Assembly: GCA_964016885.1 (NCBI GenBank)
Contig: OZ024743.1
Location: 138,136,001 to 138,200,000 of the forward strand
Source of the DNA: Eledone cirrhosa
Lineage: Eukaryota
DNA length: 64,000 nt
Direction of reading: 5' to 3'
Translations under genes and position numbers: made by a program
Shown here: positions 23,401 to 35,639 of the stretch, piece after piece
How positions within the stretch are numbered: position 1 is the first letter of the stretch
Layout of the letters: the number at the start of each line of letters is the position of its first letter
Notes under the pieces: model-generated
What the model was told of the DNA's origin: nothing
Database searches by the model: none
The model's input: the letters and a program-made list of their open reading frames with translations, nothing else

Positions 23401-25329
23401 TAGGGGCTTGGGGTTTGGTGTTTGGTGCTTGGTGCTTGGTGTTTGGTGCTTGGTGCTTGGTGTTTGGTGCTTGGTGCTTGGTGTTTGGTGTTTGCTGTTT
23501 GCTGTTTGGTGTTTGTTGTTTGGTGTTTGTTGTTTGGTGCTTGGTGCTTGGTGCTTGGTGCTTAGTCCTTGGTGTTTGGTGCTTGGTGCTTGGTGTTTGT
23601 ACTTGGTGCTTGGTGCTTGGTGTTTGGTTCTTGGTTCTTGGTGTTTGGTACTTGGTGCTTGGTGCTTGGTGCTTGGTGTTTGGTGTTTGGTGCTTGGTGT
23701 TTGGTGCTTGGTGCTTGGTGCTTGGTGCTTGGTGTTAGGTGTTTGGTGCTTGGTGCTTGGTGTTTGGTGCTTGGTGTTTGCTGTCTGGTGTTTGGTGTTT
23801 GGTGTTTGGTGTTTGCTGTTTGGTGTCTGCTTTTTGGTGTTTGGTGTTTGCTGTATGGTGTTTGCTGTTTGGTGTTTGGTGCTTCGTGTTTGGTGTTTGG
23901 TCTTTGGTGCTTGGTGTCTGGTGCTTGATGTTTGGTGTTTGGTGTTTGGTGCTTGGTGCTTGGTGTTTGGTGCTTGGTGCTTGGTGTTTGTACTTGGTGC
24001 TTGGTGCTTGGTGTTTGGTGCTTGGTTCTTGGTGTTTGGTGCTTGGTGTTTGGTGCTTGGTGCTTGGTGTTTGGTGCTTGGTGCTTGGTGTTTGGTGTTT
24101 GGTGCTTGGTGCTTGGTGCTTGGTGTTAGGTGTTTGGTGCTTGGTGCTTGGTGTTTAGTGTTTGGTTCTTGGTGCTTGGTATTTGGTGCTTGGTGCTTGC
24201 TGCTTGGTGTTTGGTGCTTGGTGATTGATGCTTGGTGTTTGGTGCTTGGTGCCCAGTGTTTGGTTTTTGGTGCTAGGTGCTTGGTGCATGGTGTTTGGTG
24301 CTTGGTGTTTGGTGTTTGGTGGTTGGTGCTTGGGGATTGGTGTTTGGTACTTGGTGCTTGGTGCTTGGTGTTTGGTGCTTGGTGCTTGGTGTTTGGTGTT
24401 TGGTGCTTGGTGCTTGGTATTTGGTGCTTGGTGCTTGGTGTTCGGTGTTTGGTGCTTGGTGCTTGGTGTTTGGTGCTTGGTGCTTGGTGCTTGTTGTTTG
24501 GTGATTGGTGCTTGGTGCTTGGTGTTTGGTGTTTGGTGCTTGGGGCTTGGTGTTTGGTGCTGCGTGCTTGGTGCTTGGTGCTTGGTGCTTGGTGCTTGGT
24601 GTTTGATGTTTGGTGTTTAATGCTTTGTGTTTGGTGTTTGGTGTTTGGTGCTTGGTGTTTGGTGTTTGATGCTTGGTGCTTGATGCTTGTTGCTTGGTGC
24701 TTGGTGTTTGGTGCTTGGTGCTTGGTGTTTGGTGTTTGGTGCTTGGTGCTTGGTGTTTGGTGCTTGGGGCTTGGTGTTTGGTGCTGCGTGCTTGGTGCTT
24801 GGTGCTATGTGCTTGGTGCTTGGGGTTTTGTGTTTGGTGTTTGATGCTTGGTGCTTGGTGTTTGCTGTTTGCTGTTTGCTGTTTCGTGTTTGCTGTTTGG
24901 TGTTTGGTGTTTGGTGTTTGCTGTTTGGTGTTAGCTGTTTGGTGTTTGGTGCTTGCTGTTTGGTGCTTGGTGTTTGGTGCTTGGTGCTTGATGTTTGGTG
25001 TTTGGTGTTTGGTGCTTGGTGCTTGGGGCTTGATTTGGTGCTTGGTGCTTGGTGCTTGGTGTTTGGTGTTTGGTGTTTGGTGCTTGGTGTTTGGTGCTTG
25101 GTGCTTGGTGCTGGGTGTTTGGTGCTTGGTGTCTGGTGCATGGTGCTTGGTGCTTGTTGTTTGTCGCTTGTTGCTTGGTGCTTGGTGTTTGGTGCTTGGT
25201 GCTTGGTGTTTGGTGTTTGGTGCTTGGTGCTTGGTGTTTGGTGTTTGGTGCTTGGTGTTTGGTGTTTGGTGCTTGGTGCTTGGTGTTTGCTGCTTGGTAC
25301 TTGGTGCATGGTGTTTGGTGCTGGGTGCT

Positions 25330-28300
25330 TGGTGTTTGGTGCTTGGTGTTTGGTGCTTGGTGCTTGGTGTTTTATGCTTGGTGCTTGGTGTTTGGTGCTT
25401 GGTGTTTGTACTTGGTGCTTGGTGCTTGGTGTTTTGTGCTTGGTTCTTGGTGTTTGGTGTTTGGTGCTTGGTACTTGGTGCTTGGTGTTAGGTGTTTGGT
25501 GCTTGGTGCTTGGTGTTTGGTGTTTGGTCCTTGGTGCTTGGTGCTTGGTGTTTAGTGCTTGGTGCTTGGTGTTTGTTGTTTGGTGCTTTCTGCTTGCTGC
25601 TTGGTGTTTGCTGCTTGGTGCTTGGTGCTTGGTGTTTGGTGTTTGGTGCTAGGTGCTTGGTGTTTGGTGTTTGGTGTTTGATGCTTGGTGTTTGGTGCTT
25701 GGTGTTTGGTGCTTGGTGCTTGGGGCTTGGTGTTTGGTGTTTGGTGCTTGGTGCTTGGTGCTTGGTGTTTGGTGCTTGGTGTTTGGTGTTTGGTGTTTGA
25801 TGCTTGGTGTTTGGTGCTTGGTGTTTGGTGCTTGGTGCTTGGGGCTTGGTGTTTGGTGTTTGTTGCTTGGTGCTTGGTGTTTGGTGCTTGGTGCTTGGTG
25901 CTGGGTGGTTGGTATTTGGTGCTTGGTGCTTGGTGTTTGGTGCTTGGTGCTTGGTGCTTGGTGTTTGGTGCTTGGTGCTTGGTGCTTGGTCTTTGGTGCT
26001 TGGTGTTTGGTGTTTGGTGCTTGGTGCTTTGTGTTTGGTGCTTGGTGATTAGTGTTTGGTGCTTGGTGCTTGGGGTTTGGTGTTTGGTGCTTGGTACTTG
26101 GTGTTTGGTGCTTGGTGTTTGGTGTTTGCTGTTTGGTGTTTGGTGTTTGGTGTTTGCTGTATGGTGTTTGCTGTTTCGTGTTTGGTGTTTGCTGTTTGGT
26201 GTTTGGTGTTTGCTGTTTGGTGTTTGGTCTTTGGTGCTTGGTGTTTGGTGCTTGGTGCTTGGTGTTTGGTGCTTGGTGTTTGGTGTTTGGTGTTTGGTGC
26301 TTGGTGTCTGGTGCTTGGTGTTTGGTGTTTGGTGTTTGGTGCTTGGTGTTTGGCGTTTGGTGTTTGGTGTTTGGTGCTTGTTGCTTGGTACTTGGTGCTT
26401 GGTGTTTGGTGCTTGGTGCTTGGTGTTTGGTGCTGGGTGCTTGGTGTTTGGTGCTTGCTGCTTGGTGCTTGGTGTTTGGTGTTTGGTGCTTGGTGATTGG
26501 TGCTTGGTGTTTGGTGTTTGGTGCTTGGTGTTTTATGCTTGGTGTTTGATGTTTGGTGCTTGGTGCTTGGTGTTTGGTGCTTGGTGCTTGGTGTTTGTAC
26601 TTGGTGCTTGGTGCTTGGTTCTTGGTGTTTGGTGCTTGGTGCTTGGTGCTTGGTGCTTGGTGTTTGGTGCTTGGTGTTTGGTGCTTGGTGTTTGGTGCTT
26701 GGTGCCTGGTGCTTGGTGCTTGGTGTTTGGTGCTTGGTGTTTGGTGCTTGGTATTAGGTGTTTGGTGCTTGGTGCTTGGTGTTTGGTGTTTGGTGCTTGG
26801 TGTTTGGTGCTTGGTGCTTGGTGTCTGGTGTTTGGTGCTTGGTGTTTGGTGCTTCGTGCCTGGTGCTTGGTGCTTGGTGTTTGGTGCTTGGTGTTTGGTG
26901 CTTTGTATTAGGTGTTTGGTGCTTGGTGCTTGGTGTTTGGTGTTTGGTGCTTGGTGTTTGGTGCTTGGTACTTGGTGCTTGGTGCTTGGTGTTAGGTGTT
27001 TGGTGCTTGGTGCTTGGTGTTTGGTTTTTGGTGCTTGGTGCTTGGTGTTTGGTGTTTGGTGTTTGATGCTTGGTGTTTTATGCTTGGTGCTTGGTGTTTG
27101 GTGCTTGGTGTTTGTACTTGGTGCTTGGTGCTTGGTGTTTTGTGCTTGGTTCTTGGTGTTTGGTGTTTGGTGCTTGGTACTTGGTGCTTGGTGTTAGGTG
27201 TTTGGTGCTTGGTGCTTGGTGTTTGGTGTTTGGTGTTTGGTGCTTGGTGCTTGGTGTTTAGTGCTTGGTGCTTGGTGTTTGTTGTTTGGTGCTTTCTGCT
27301 TGCTGCTTGGTGTTTGCTGCTTGGTGCTTGGTGCTTGGTGTTTGGTGTTTGGTGCTAGGTGCTTGGTGTTTGGTGTTTGGTGTTTGATGCTTGGTGTTTG
27401 GTGCTTGGTGTTTGGTGCTTGGTGCTTGGGGCTTGGTGTTTGGTGCTTGGTGCTTGGTGCTTGGTGTTTGGTGCTTGGTGTTTGGTGTTTGGTGTTTGAT
27501 GCTTGGAGTTTGGTGCTTGGTGTTTGGTGCTTGGTGCTTGGGGCTTGGTGTTTGGTGTTTGGTGCTTGGTGCTTGGTGTTTGGTGCTTGGTGCTTGGTGC
27601 TGGGTGGTTGGTATTTGGTGCTTGGTGCTTGGTGTTTGGTGCTTGGTGCTTGGTGCTTGGTGTTTGGTGCTTGGTGCTTGGTGCTTGGTCTTTGGTGCTT
27701 GGTGTTTGGTGTTTGGTGCTTGGTGCTTTGTGTATGGTGCTTGGTGATTAGTGTTTGGTGCTTGGTGCTTGGGGTTTGGTGTTTGGTGCTTGGTACTTGG
27801 TGTTTGGCGCTTGGTGTTTGGTGTTTGCTGTTTGGTGTTTGGTGTTTGGTGTTTGCTGTATGGTGTTTGCTGTTTCGTGTTTGGTGTTTGCTGTTTGGTG
27901 TTTGGTGTTTGCTGTTTGGTGTTTGGTCTTTGGTGCTTGGTGTTTGGTGCTTGGTGCTTGGTGTTTGGTGTTTGGTGCTTGGTGTTTGGTGTTTGGTGCT
28001 TGGTGCTTGGTGCTTGGTGTTTGGTGTTTGGTGTTTGGTGCTTGGTGTCTGGTGCTTGGTGTTTGGTGTTTGGTGTTTGGTGCTTGGTGTTTGGTGTTTG
28101 GTGTTTGGTGTTTGGTGCTTGTTGCTTGGTACTTGGTGCTTGGTGTTTGGTGCTTGGTGCTTGGTGTTTGGTGCTGGGTGCTTGGTGTTTGGTGCTTGGT
28201 TCTTGGTGCTTGGTGTTTGGTGTTTGGTGCTTGGTGCTTGGTGCTTGGTGTTTGGTGTTTGGTGCTTGGTGTTTTATGCTTGGTGTTTGATGTTTGGTGC

Positions 28301-28700
28301 TTGGTGCTTGGTGTTTGGTGCTTGGTGCTTGGTGTTTGTACTTGGTGCTTGGTGCTTGGTTCTTGGTGTTTGGTGCTTGGTGCTTGGTGCTTGGTGCTTG
28401 GTGTTTGGTGCTTGGTGTTTGGTGCTTGGTGTTTGGTGCTTGGTGCCTGGTGCTTGGTGCTTGGTGTTTGGTGCTTGGTGTTTGGTGCTTGGTATTAGGT
28501 GTTTGGTGCTTGGTGCTTGGTGTTTGGTGTTTGGTGCTTGGTGTTTGGTGCTTGGTGCTTGGTGTTTGGTGTTTGGTGCTTGGTGTTTGGTGCTTGGTAC
28601 TTGGTGCTTGGTGCTTGGTGTTAGGTGTTTGGTGCTTGGTGCTTGGTGTTTGGTTTTTGGTGCTTGGTGCTTGGTGTTTGGTGTTTGGTGCTTGCTGCTG
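25330..28700 (+). repeat. Tandem duplication, period ~1706-1741 bp
   Basis: TTGTAC pairs 25406/27112 and 26595/28336 have matching flanks (TTTATGC, TTGGTAT-TAGGTGT). Matching ORF pairs are 25492/27198 and 26553/28294. Confidence 0.85.
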
Positions 28701-29039
28701 GCTGCTTGGTGTTTGGTGCTTGGTGATTGGTGCTTGGTGTTTGGTGCTTGGTGTTTGGTGTTTGGTACTAGGTGCTTGGTGCTTGGTGTTTGGTGCTTGG
28801 TGCTTGGTGTTTGGTGTTTGGTGCTTGGTGCTTGGTGTTTGGTGCTTGGTGCTGGGTGCTGGGTGGTTGGTGCTTGGTGTTTGGTGTTTGGTGCTGGGTG
28901 CTTGGTGTTTGGTGCTTGGTGCTTGGTCTTTGGTGTTTGGTGTTTGGTGTTTGGTGCTTGGTGCTTGGTGCTAGGTGTTTGGTGCTTGGTGCTTGGTGTT
29001 TGGTGCTTGGTGCTTAGTGTTTGGTGCTAGGTGCTTGGG

Positions 29040-32000
29040 GTTTGGTGTTTGGTGCTTGGTGCTTGGTGTTTGGTGCTTGGTGCTTGGTGTTTGGTGTTTG
29101 GTGCTTGGTGCTTGGTGTTTGGTGTTTGGTGTTTGCTGTTTGGTGTTTGGTGTTTGGTGTTTGCTGTTTGGTGTCTGCTTTTTGGTGTTTGGTGTTGGCT
29201 GTATGTTATTTGCTGTTTGGTGTTTGGTGTTTGGTGTTTGGTGCTTGGTGCTTGGTGTTTGGTGTTTGGTGCTTGGTGCTTGGAGTTTGGTGTTTGGTGC
29301 TTGGTGCTTGGTGTTTTGTGCTTGGTGTTTGGTTTTTGGTGCTTGGTGCTTGGTGCTTGTTGCTTGGTCCTTGGTGTTTGGTGCTTGGTGCTTGGTGTTT
29401 GTACTTGGTGCTTGGTGCTTGGTGTTTGGTTCTTGGTTCTTGGTGTTTGGTAATTGGTGCTTGGTGCTTGGTGCTTGGTGTTTGGTGTTTGGTGCTTGGT
29501 GTTTGGTGCTTGGTGCTTGGTGCTTGGTGTTAGGTGTTTGGTGCTTGGTGCTTGGTGTTTGGTGCTTGGTGTTTGGTGTTTGCTGTTTGGTGTTTGGTGT
29601 TTGGTGTTTGGTGTTTGCTGTTTGGTGTCTGCTTTTTGGTGTTTGGTGTTTGCTGTATGGTGTTTGCTGTTTCGTGTTTGGTGTTTGCTGTTTGGTGTTT
29701 GGTGTTTGCTGTTTGGTGTTTGGTCTTTGGTGCTTGGTGTTTGGTGCTTGGTGCTTGGTGTTTGGTGTTTGGTGCTTGGTGCTTGGTGCTTCGTGTTTGG
29801 TGTTTGGTGCTTGGTGTCTGGAGCTTGGTGTTTGGTGTTTGGTGCTTGGTGTTTGGTGTTTGGTGCTTGGTGCTTGGTGTTTGGTGCTTGGTGCTTGGTG
29901 TTTGTACTTGGTGCTTGGTGCTTGGTGTTTGGTGCTTGGTTCTTGGTGTTTGGTGCTTGGTGTTTGGTGCTTGGTGCTTGGTGTTTGGTGCTTGGTGCTT
30001 GGTGTTTGGTGTTTGGTGCTTGGTGCTTGGTGCTTGGTGTTTGATGTTTGGTTCTTGGTGCTTGGTGTTTGGTGTTTGGTTCTTGGTGCTTGGTATTTGG
30101 TGCTTGGTGCTTGCTGCTTGGTGTTTGGTGCTTGGTGATTGATGCTTGGTGTTTGATGCTTGGTGCTTGGTATTTGGTTTTTGGTGCTAGGTGCTTGGTG
30201 CTTGGTGTTTGGTGCTTGGTGTTTGGTGTTTGCTGCTTGGTGCTTGGGGCTTGGTGTTTGGTACTTGGTGCTTGGTGCTTGGTGTTTGGTGCTTGGTGCT
30301 TGGTGTATGGTGTTTGGTGTTTGGTGCTTGGTGTTTGGTGTTTGGTGCTTGGTGCTTGGTGTTTGTTGCTTGGTACTTGGTTCATGGTGTTTGGTGCTGG
30401 GTGCTTGGTGTTTGGTGCTTGGTGCTTGGTGTTTGGTGTTTGGTGCTTGGTGTTTGGTGTTTGGTGCTTGGTGCTTGGTGTTTGTTGCTTGGTACTTGGT
30501 GCATGGTGTTTGGTGCTGGGTGCTTGGTGTTTGGTGCTTGGTGTTTGGTGCTTGGTGCTTGGTGTTTGGTGTTTGGTGTTTGGTGTTTGGTGTTTGATGC
30601 TTGGTGCTTGGTGCTTGGTGTTTGGTGCTTGGTGTTTGTACTTGGTGCTTGGTGTTTTGTGCTTGGTCCTTTGTGTTTGGTGTTTGGTGCTTGGTGCTTG
30701 GTGCTTGGTGTTAGGTGTTTGGTGCTTGGTGCTTGGTGTTTGGTGTTTGGTCCTTGGTGCTTGGTGTTTAGTGCTTGGTGCTTGGTGTTTGTTGTTTGGT
30801 GCTTTCTGCTTGCTGCTTGGCGTTTGGTGCTTGGTGCTTGGTGCTTGGTGTTTGGTGTTTGGTGCTAGGTGCTTGGTGTTTGGTGTTTGGTGTTTGATGC
30901 TTGGTGTTTGGTGCTTGGTGTTTGGTGTTTTGTGCTTGGTGCTTGGGGCTTGGTGCTTGGTGTTTGGTGTTTGGTGTTTGGTGCTTGGTGCTTGGTGTTT
31001 GGTGCTTGGTGCTTGGTGCTGGGTGGTTGGTATTTGGTGCTTGGTGCTTGGTGTTTGGTGCGTGGTGCTTGGTGCTTGGTGTTTGGTGCTTGGTGCTTGG
31101 TGCTTGGTCTTTGGTGCTTGGTGTTTGGTGCTTGGTGCTTGGTGCTTGGTGTTTGGTGCTTGGTGATTAGTGTTTGGTGCTTGGTGCTTGGGGTTTGGTG
31201 TTTGGTGCTTGGTACTTGGTGTTTGGTGCTTGGTGTTTGGTGTTTGCTGTTTGGTGTTTGGTGTTTGCTGTTTGCTGTTTGCTGTTTGCTTTTTGGTGTT
31301 TGGTGTTTGCTGTATGGTGTTTGCTGTTTGGTGTTTGGTGTTTGCTGTTTGGTGTTTGGTGTTTGCTGTTTGGTCTTTGGTGCTTGGTGTTTGGTGCTTG
31401 GTGCTTGGTGTTTGGTGTTTGGTGCTTGGTGCTTGGTGTTTGGTGTTTGTTGCTTGGTGCTTGGTGCTTGGTGTTTGGTGTTTGGTGTTTGGTGCTTGGT
31501 GTCTGGTGCTTGGTGTTTGGTGTTTGGTGTTTGGTGCTTGGTGTTTGGTGTTTGCTGTTTGGTGCTTGGTGTTTGGTGTTTGGTGTTTGGTGTTTGGTGC
31601 TTGTTGCTTGGTGCTTGGTGCTTGGGGTTCGGTTCTTGGTTCTTGGTGTTTGGTACTTGGTGCTTGGTGTTTGGTCCTGGGTGCTTGGTGTTTGGTGCTT
31701 GGTGCTTGGTGCTTGCTGTTTGGTGTTTGGTGCTTGGTGCTTGGTGTTTGGTGTTTGGTGTTATATGCTTGGTGTTTGATGCTTGGTGCTTGGTGCTTGG
31801 TATTTGGTGTTTGGTGCTTGGTGTTTGTACTTGGTGCTTGGTTCTTGGTTCTTGGTGCTTGGTGCTTGGTGCTTGGTGCTTGGTGCTTGGTGTTTGGTGC
31901 TTGGTGTTTGGTGCTTGGTGTTTGGTGCTTGGTGCCTGGTGCTTGGTGCTTGGTGCTTGGTGTTTGGTGCTTGGTGTTTGGTGCTTGGTGTTAGGTGTTT

Positions 32001-35000
32001 GGTGCTTGGTGCTTGGTGTTTGGTGTTTCGTGCTTGGTGTTTGGTGCTTGGTGCTTGGTGTTTGGTGTTTGGTGCTTGGTGTTTGGTGCTTGGTACTTGG
32101 TGCTTGGTGCTTGGTGTTAGGTGTTTGGTGCTTGGTGCTTGGTGTTTGGTTTTTGGTGCTTGGTGCTTGGTGTTTGGTGTTTGGTGCTTGCTGCTGGCTG
32201 CTTGGTGTTTGGTGCTTGGTGATTGGTGCTTGGTGTTTGGTGCTTGGTGTTTGGTGTTTGGTACTAGGTGCTTGGTGTTTGGTGTTTGGTGCTTGGTGCT
32301 TGGGGTTTGGTGTTTGGTGCTTGGTGCTTGGTGTTTGGTGCTTGGTGCTTGGTGTTTGGTGTTTGGTGCTTGGTGCTTGGTGTTTGGTGTTTGGTGTTTG
32401 CTGTTTGGTGTTTGGTGTTTGGTGTTTGCTGTTTGGTGTCTGCTTTTTGGTGTTTGGTGTTGGCTGTATGTTATTTGCTGTTTGGTGTTTGGTGTTTGGT
32501 GTTTGGTGCTTGGTGCTTGGTGTTTGGTGTTTGGTGCTTGGTGCTTGGAGTTTGGTGTTTGGTGCTTGGTGCTTGGTGTTTTGTGCTTGGTGTTTGGTTT
32601 TTGGTGCTTGGTGCTTGGTGCTTGTTGCTTGGTCCTTGGTGTTTGGTGCTTGGTGCTTGGTGTTTGTACTTGGTGCTTGGTGCTTGGTGTTTGGTTCTTG
32701 GTTCTTGGTGTTTGGTAATTGGTGCTTGGTGCTTGGTGCTTGGTGTTTGGTGTTTGGTGCTTGGTGTTTGGTGCTTGGTGCTTGGTGCTTGGTGTTAGGT
32801 GTTTGGTGCTTGGTGCTTGGTGTTTGGTGCTTGGTGTTTGGTGTTTGCTGTTTGGTGTTTGGTGTTTGGTGTTTGGTGTTTGCTGTTTGGTGTCTGCTTT
32901 TTGGTGTTTGGTGTTTGCTGTATGGTGTTTGCTGTTTCGTGTTTGGTGTTTGCTGTTTGGTGTTTGGTGTTTGCTGTTTGGTCTTTGGTCTTTGGTGCTT
33001 GGTGTTTGGTGCTTGGTGCTTGGTGTTTGGTGTTTGGTGCTTGGTGCTTGGTGCTTCGTGTTTGGTGTTTGGTGCTTGGTGTCTGGAGCTTGGTGTTTGG
33101 TGTTTGGTGCTTGGTGTTTGGTGTTTGGTGCTTGGTGCTTGGTGTTTGGTGCTTGGTGCTTGGTGTTTGTACTTGGTGCTTGGTGCTTGGTGTTTGGTGC
33201 TTGGTGCTTGGTGTTTGGTGCTTGGTGTTTGGTGCTTGGTGCTTGGTGTTTGGTGCTTGGTGCTTGGTGTTTGGTGTTTGGTGCCTGGTGCTTGGTGCTT
33301 GGTGTTTGATGTTTGGTTCTTGGTGCTTGGTGTTTGGTGTTTGGTTCTTGGTGCTTGGTATTTGGTGCTTGGTGCTTGCTGCTTGGTGTTTGGTGCTTGG
33401 TGATTGATGCTTGGTGTTTGATGCTTGGTGCTTGGTATTTGGTTTTTGGTGCTAGGTGCTTGGTGCTTGGTGTTTGGTGCTTGGTGTTTGGTGTTTGCTG
33501 CTTGGTGCTTGGTGCTTGGTGTTTGGTACTTGGTGCTTGGTGCTTGGTGTTTGGTGCTTGGTGCTTGGTGTATGGTGTTTGGTGTTTGGTGCTTGGTGTT
33601 TGGTGTTTGGTGCTTGGTGCTTGGTGTTTGTTGCTTGGTACTTGGTTCATGGTGTTTGGTGCTGGGTGCTTGGTGTTTGGTGCTTGGTGCTTGGTGTTTG
33701 GTGTTTGGTGCTTGGTGTTTGGTGTTTGGTGCTTGGTGCTTGGTGTTTGTTGCTTGGTACTTGGTGCATGGTGTTTGGTGCTGGGTGCTTGGTGTTTGGT
33801 GTTTGGTGTTTGGTGCTTGGTGCTTGGTGTTTGGTGTTTGGTGTTTGGTGTTTGGTGTTTGATGCTTGGTGCTTGGTGCTTGGTGTTTGGTGCTTGGTGT
33901 TTGTACTTGGTGCTTGGTGTTTTGTGCTTGGTCCTTTGTGTTTGGTGTTTGGTGCTTGGTGCTTGGTGCTTGGTGTTAGGTGTTTGGTGCTTGGTGCTTG
34001 GTGTTTGGTGTTTGGTCCTTGGTGCTTGGTGTTTAGTGCTTGGTGCTTGGTGTTTGTTGTTTGGTGCTTTCTGCTTGCTGCTTGGCGTTTGGTGCTTGGT
34101 GCTTGGTGCTTGGTGTTTGGTGTTTGGTGCTAGGTGCTTGGTGTTTGGTGTTTGGTGTTTGATGCTTGGTGTTTGGTGCTTGGTGTTTGGTGTTTTGTGC
34201 TTGGTGCTTGGGGCTTGGTGCTTGGTGTTTGGTGTTTGGTGTTTGGTGCTTGGTGCTTGGTGTTTGGTGCTTGGTGCTTGGTGCTGGGTGGTTGGTATTT
34301 GGTGCTTGGTGCTTGGTGTTTGGTGCTTGGTGCTTGGTGCTTGGTGTTTGGTGCTTGGTGCTTGGTGCTTGGTCTTTGGTGCTTGGTGTTTGGTGCTTGG
34401 TGCTTGGTGCTTGGTGTTTGGTGCTTGGTGATTAGTGTTTGGTGCTTGGTGCTTGGGGTTTGGTGTTTGGTGCTTGGTACTTGGTGTTTGGTGCTTGGTG
34501 TTTGGTGTTTGCTGTTTGGTGTTTGGTGTTTGGTGTTTGGTGTTTGCTGTTTGGTGTTTGGTGTTTGCTGTTTGCTGTTTGCTGTTCGCTTTTTGGTGTT
34601 TGGTGTTTGCTGTATGGTGTTTGCTGTTTGGTGTTTGGTGTTTGCTGTTTGGTGTTTGGTGTTTGCTGTTTGGTCTTTGGTGCTTGGTGTTTGGTGCTTG
34701 GTGCTTGGTGTTTGGTGTTTGGTGCTTGGTGCTTGGTGTTTGGTGTTTGTTGCTTGGTGCTTGGTGCTTGGTGTTTGGTGTTTGGTGTTTGGTGCTTGGT
34801 GTCTGGTGCTTGGTGTTTGGTGTTTGGTGTTTGGTGCTTGGTGTTTGGTGTTTGCTGTTTGGTGCTTGGTGTTTGGTGTTTGGTGTTTGGTGTTTGGTGC
34901 CTGTTGCTTGATGCTTGGTGCTTGGGGTTCGGTTCTTGGTTCTTGGGGTTTGGTACTTGGTGCTTGGTGTTTGGTCCTGGGTGCTTGGTGTTTGGTGCTT

Positions 35001-35450
35001 GGTGCTTGGTGCTTGCTGTTTGGTGTTTGGTGCTTGGTGCTTGGTGTTTGGTGTTTGGTGTTATATGCTTGGTGTTTGATGCTTGGTGCTTGGTGCTTGG
35101 TATTTGGTGTTTGGTGCTTGGTGTTTGTACTTGGTGCTTGGTTCTTGGTTCTTGGTGCTTGGTGCTTGGTGCTTGGTGCTTGGTGCTTGGTGTTTGGTGC
35201 TTGGTGTTTGGTGCTTGGTGTTTGGTGCTTGGTGCCTGGTGCTTGGTGCTTGGTGCTTGGTGTTTGGTGCTTGGTGTTTGGTGCTTGGTGTTAGGTGTTT
35301 GGTGCTTGGTGCTTGGTGTTTGGTGTTTCGTGCTTGGTGTTTGGTGCTTGGTGCTTGGTGTTTGGTGTTTGGTGCTTGGTGTTTGGTGCTTGGTACTTGG
35401 TGCTTGGTGCTTGGTGTTAGGTGTTTGGTGCTTGGTGCTTGGTGTTTGGT
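29040..35450 (+). repeat. Tandem duplication, period 3265 bp (3300 bp distally after whole-unit gains)
   Basis: TTGTAC pairs 29399/32664, 29902/33167, 30636/33901 and 31825/35125. The variant TTGGTAA occurs at ~29447 and ~32712. ORFs 30048-31166 and 33313-34431 are near-identical. Confidence 0.93.
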
Positions 35451-35639
35451 TTTTGGTGCTTGGTGCTTGGTGCTTGGTGCTTGGTGTTTGGTGCTTGGTG
35501 TTTGGTGCTTGGTGTTTGGTGCTTGGTGCCTGGTGCTTGGTGCTTGGTGTTTGGTGCTTGGTGCTTGGTGTTTGGTGTTTGGTGCTTGGTGTTTGGTGCT
35601 TGGTACTTGGTGCTTGGTGTTTGGTGCTTGGTGCTTGGT